Source: Candidatus Omnitrophota bacterium
GTDB taxonomy: Bacteria > Omnitrophota > Gorgyraeia > Gygaellales > Profunditerraquicolaceae
Length of the DNA stretch: 64,000 nt
NCBI GenBank assembly: GCA_028712255.1
Contig: JAQTQJ010000004.1
Location: 19,956 to 83,955 of the forward strand
Direction: 5' to 3'
Shown: positions 39,601-45,600 of the stretch, one piece after another
Numbering within the stretch: the first letter of the stretch is position 1
Layout: each line of letters begins with the position of its first letter
Translations under genes and position numbers: made by a program
The notes under the pieces: model-generated
The model's database searches: none
What the model was told of the DNA's origin: nothing
Seen by the model: only the letters and a program-made list of their open reading frames with translations

Positions 39601-42600
39601 TATCCAAGCGCGGAATAGCCTCAACAGTAGACACTTTTACAATAGTGCCATGCTCTATAATTTGGCCGGCATATTCTTGGGCTAGATCCTGATATTCCTG
39701 CGCGGATATCTCTTTAATCTGAATATATCGAGCGCCTTGAGCATCTCTAGTTAGAGTAAGATGATAGGCTTTACTGTTTTCTTTACGTGTAAATATTTCT
39801 ATTTTATCTTCAGCCGAAGGCCCTAACCAATCAATAATCTGCTTTACGCCCTTACTAAATTGGCCTATGCGGAATCCATGCGCATCCAGCCCATTAGATA
39901 CTGCTTCGCATATACTCTGTATCCTTGCATTTTTGTTTTGGTCAACGATCTCTACATCTAATCTTACACCCTCAACAGGATATGTGTCTCCAATAATCAG
40001 GTCTACAACTTCTTTTGCATATCCATTACTGCCAAACCCCTCATATATAGCTTTATATGCAGCTTCTCCTGTAAGAGCAGTATTGAGTTTTAAAAGTTTT
40101 AAAATATCAGGTAATAATTCCCTTGGGATATTTCTTTCTGCCAACCGATACTGTGCCCAGATAAAACGATTAAGGTCGACTAAGTCTATGCTTGGCTGCA
40201 ATTGTATAGTTGCTCTAGCTTTATTCCAAGGCCAGCGTATGCTTTGCGCCCATTCCACTACCATCTTACCCAAATCTATCTGGCCAAATCTATCATAGAA
40301 AAACTGGGCCGGCCCAGAACCAATGACTACGCTCTTGCTACCAGTAGCCGCGCGCGAAGTTGAAGTTGCCAGCTGCGGCGCTGGCGTTACTTGAGCTACC
40401 TTTAACACCTGGCCTTTATTCGTAGTAGATATATACTTTTTGATCGCATCAAATAGATCGGATCCGTCAACATATTGAAGCAGGTTATTGATTGCGGACA
40501 CATTTTTGAAAAATAACCGGATCCTCAGCGGCGTATCATACCCTCGCTTTTCAAATTCTGCCATTAAGAGATTGGCAACACTTGAGCTGACATCTTTTCC
40601 TTGGATTAGATCAATAACTGTTGACCAAGAAAATATTTTCTTTAGGATTACTGACCGTATCTCTTGGCGAACCTTATCCTGATCGGTTTTATCCGGATTT
40701 ACTTGCAAAAGATAATTAATCAGCGCATCAACTTTACCCATAAAATTAAATTTCCAAGCCATACTTAATCGGGTAATTAGATCAATATCCACAGGTAATA
40801 ATTTAAGATAATAATTTCTATCGATTACTATTTTTTCATATGATCCGTCGGGTCTTTTATTAAGCATTAAATTACCGATATGAAAATCCGAATGCGCCAT
40901 ATATATGGTTTCTCCGGAATAGGAATCTGCAACCGGAGTCAACAAATGCGTCAAATAATCCCTGGCAAAATCAGCTAACGCCGCTTTTAGTTTTGAATCA
41001 CTCACTCTTCCTTTCTTATCCGTCTGGGCGGGAACAACCTGGTCGCCCCCATTTAATATCTTCTTAAGCGTATCCCCTGGAGCATATTCCTCAACTTTTA
41101 TTCTGTATCCATATGGCTGCAAAACACGCGATGTGGTTATTGAGCCTGCCGCAGGATAAAATACAGCTGAAGAAAATATCGCATCGTCACTTAAGAAAAA
41201 GCCATCATTAATGTCATCTTTGACCCACAACCTTAAAGTACCCAACAATCGTTCTGCCATAATGTATTGCCGTTCATTTTTAGGGTCTTTAGCAATTAAA
41301 TCTTTCACTGTTTTTTGCATTTGTTCTGCGCGTTCGCCTAATAGAACCTCAAGATTCGGAGATATAATTTTTACCACCTGTCTAGCAACACTCCCATCCG
41401 GTTGTGTCACTGACACTAAATACGCGGTATTAATGGAGCCCCCGCCTAACACTTTTTCTATCCTAAGATGTATTTTTAAATACTCCATTGCTTCAACCTG
41501 TGCAGTATAAAATGCTTTAAAACTTGCCAAGGTTTCTGTGAACACCTCTTCAAACATTGATGCGGTACGTTCATTATATTCAGTAAGCTTTTTATCCCGT
41601 AAATTTTGGGCAAATAAAGATAAGAATACGCGTTGATCGTAATCTTGAAGCGGGCTGTCATTTAAATTAAAACGGAATCCCAGAAAATTAATTGCTTCTG
41701 CCCGGAACTGTTTAAGATATTCAGTTAGCGGTATTGTTTGGCCTGCTTCCATCAGGCGCTTTGACCATTCAGCATAAGCAGCGGATTTAATCCACGCCCC
41801 ATCCCGGACTGTTTGCATACGCTCAATTTCAACTGCCAGCGACTGAAACAAATTACTCTTTACCAGAGTAGAGGCGTTATCATACACATTACTGAACTCT
41901 TCCTTATATTCTTGCGGGATAGCGTAATACTGGCCAAATACTTGTAGGAACCGGACACCGAGCGCGCCAATTGCTTGCCCTGCGGTAGCAATGAATTTAC
42001 CTAACCTTATAGATAATGCTTTAGTTTTTCCAACTGTAGTTTTAAATTGAAATACCGCATTCTCCTGGCGATAATATTCCCGCTCTTTTGCTTGAAACTT
42101 AAGCAGCTGCGGGTTGATCATCGATTCGCCGGGATTAAATACCGCATACACTGCCTCAATCTCAGTATCGGGAATATATGACGGGTTATCCTTCAGAAAC
42201 GCAAAGAATTGTTCTGCTGTTTTACCATACTCCTGCGTTACGTACTTCTTATATTTTTGATATTGCTTGTGCTCTTTTAATTGTCTATCATAACCATGTT
42301 CTTTCCACCGTTTACGATCATAACTGCTTCGGCCATATGATTTCTGTAGCTCTTCCAAGCTCAAAAGATTTTGTGTCGGCCGATAAATTTCATTCTGAAA
42401 ACGCTCATAAGCAGGTAACCACCTCTGTAACCTGGAATCCCGCACAAATGGATCAGCTGGCTGTGTAAACCACGACATAACTGCGGCGCGGTGTGTATAC
42501 GCAGGATCACCGACCAACGCATGTTCCGCAAGAACTTTTGATAAGAAAAGTGTTAGCTCGCTATTGTCCACATTCGCTAAAAATGCCACTAGAATATTTT

Positions 42601-45600
42601 GCATAAGTTGTAATTCTTCTGGTTTCATACCTGAAACATTCCCTAAAATCCATGCGCTGAGTTTCTCCAAATTTTCTGCCCGGAAAAACACAGCGTTATA
42701 TTTTGACAAAAGCCTCTGGAAGAAAACAAAACGCTCAAGTTGTGTCATGGAATAAAAACGGTTCATCCAATCATCAACGCGTTGAACATCCGTAATAGCG
42801 CTAACATCAACGTCGTCTCTCTGTTGCGCTTCTGCCCGAATCTTAGTAATCGTCTCCATGATTACCGATGCAAGATAATCATCATCTCCTGTTACCATTG
42901 CCTTCATAAAATCCATCGCCTGTTTTTCACCAATCTTCATCTCCTCAAGTGTTTTATCCAATGCCATAAAACCACCCAGCATCACTTTTCCATCAAGGCT
43001 ATTGCCCTTCTCGTAAACACTCACTAATTGTTGATATTGTTGATATTCGGCATCCGTATCCACGCGCTCCTGGCGGAAATAATACAACGCATCAAAATTT
43101 CCATATCCTAACTCATTTGATACAAACGTGTAGGCATCGGAAAATTTCCCTTCCTTGATTATGCGGTGGCGCAGATTCGTCAGAAGCTCACGTTTCTGCC
43201 TTCCCGGAGGAGAATAACGCTCAATAAAATAATACGCTTCTTCCAAATCTTTCCAAGAACTCACTGACAATGACGCTGCGTAAAGTTGCAAGCTTACTAA
43301 TTTTGCTTCAATTACAGGGTGAAGAAAATTAAGTTCATCTGAATCCTTGCCATAATAATTAATTAATACTTCCTGTCCAAGAAACCGGCTACGGCCTCCA
43401 ATAGCAGAAATAGATCCTTGATTTTTTATCTTTCTTGCCGATATCTCTGCATTAGACAATGCAAATGATGCATGGATACTATCGGTAAGCGCCTGCAATT
43501 GTTGAATCGATAATAAACTAAGCTTATTTATCAGTGTTGCTTGCGCAGCTTCTGCATCAAAATCGGTAAGCGCTGCATTGGCGAGTGAATTATCATTAAC
43601 CGCATCGGCATAAATAAACTGTCTTGCTTTTCGGACAGTAGTATATTCTAATCTTTTCTTTTTTGCTTGCCCGCTGACAGATTGCGCAATCGCAGCAAGC
43701 TCTTCACGTTGCGGGTTTTGCTCCCATAACAGGTAATATTTTTGGTCCATTTGACGCAAAATAACCTCATAATCTTCTTCATTAACCTTTGATTCTTCCC
43801 TGCTCTTACTTTCTACGCAAAGAATATCTCTTCGAATAGCGCTCTCAATAAAAAATGCTTCGCTCAATGATGCCTTCTGATATGCAATAAACTCGCTACT
43901 TACTAAGAACTGTTCCATCGCCTCCCGGTAGAACACGGCATAAGCCTGAGCTTGTGCTCTATCTGTACTCATCCGGCTAATGCCTTCTACGCTAATTGGC
44001 AACCATAATCGCCCGTCCTTATCTTGAAAATGATTTGCTGTGAATTTTTGTATATACATTCGCAAGAATCCAACTCTATCCCCTTGAGCCATATATTCAT
44101 AAAGCCCTATCTGCTTTCCATACTCCGGTAATTTTGCTTGCTGCAATACCCGGTTAGTCGCTTCCATTCTGAGCCCATAACTTAACGGGTTTACGCTTGA
44201 AAATATATCAAATAGCGACGAACTAAGCCATAAAGTTAGATCCACATACGTCATACGGCCAAACCTGTTATGAATTTCTTCTCCAAGTTCGGTGTCATTT
44301 GGTTGGCGATTAGAATAGTCTTTGGCTTCTTGCAAATCCTGAGTATTACGAATCCATTCGGCGGTAAAGGTAACTAATTGTCCCAATTTCTTCTTCTGTG
44401 CTTCTGATAACCGGCTTGAGAATTGCTCGTAAGAATCAAAATCCTTACGGAGCGCTGCTTCTTCATTAAAAATGTCATGCCACAATGACCCTACAAAATA
44501 CCATTGATGCGGATTTTCGCTCCCAACCAGTCTCTGTTTTCGTATATCCTCATTGGCCCTCTTTGGATAATAAACAAAAGAAGGATCAAGGATATTCTTT
44601 TCAACATACTTCTTGCTTGAAATATACTGCTCGAGAAATATTCTATATGTTTCAAAGTCTTTTTCAGAATCAAAAGAATTTATTAAATTTGAATAAAACA
44701 CGGAGAAATAATACTGCCGAAGCTGCCTTAAATAATCAGAAAGCCATATCCGTGAGCCACCAAACGCAGGATTGGAAATCTTCCCGCTTGCATTAAATGC
44801 TAGTGTAATCGCAGTAATCCTCTTGCCAAAACCATCAAGGCTCAACAGTGAGCCATCAAAAGTAAAGAAATTGTAGACCTCTTGCCACTCCTGAACATTA
44901 GGAGATTCTGTTTGGATATTTAGTAATCGCATAAAGTAATCTCCCAGATAGGGGGCCATATCGTAGCCATCAGGATTATCATTGCGAGAGGAAAGCAGTG
45001 ACAAGGCCAAATATCGAACTACCTCATCTGTACTCTCGGCTGGAAGGCCATCCGCGCATGCAGTATTCTCTTTCAAGAGATACTGGCTGATATATACAAG
45101 TTTCTGCCAACTAAGATAGTAAGATGCCGCATTAAACGGTTGCCTCTGTTGTGTTCCGATAAATTCTTCGATGATGAATTTATATTGCTCTTGCGAAGAT
45201 AGTGTTTTTTGGGTCAACTCCCCCCAAGTATCTTTAAAATCCTGAAATGAAGATTGTTTTAAGTACGTTAAATAATCAAGGACAATAAAATACCCTTCCG
45301 GAGATTTCCAGTACCCCTCTAACGGATGAAAGGCGTTAACATGCGTCAAATCCTGTCCCTGTAAATTCATGCGCAGAAGCGTCGTTCGATCAAATTGACT
45401 TCCATGCGTCCAGTCAGAGCTCCCCTTCACAAAGCTTTCCAGCTTGTTAGATAAATAAATAACCGCGAGTTGATTAAATCCAATACCGTTGATTAACGAA
45501 GGAGAAACTGCATCCGCCTTATATTCCCCAAGACGTTTATCTAAAGGGGTACCGACGTTATTCCAGGTTAAATAATTATCCTGATAATGTGACAATTCAT

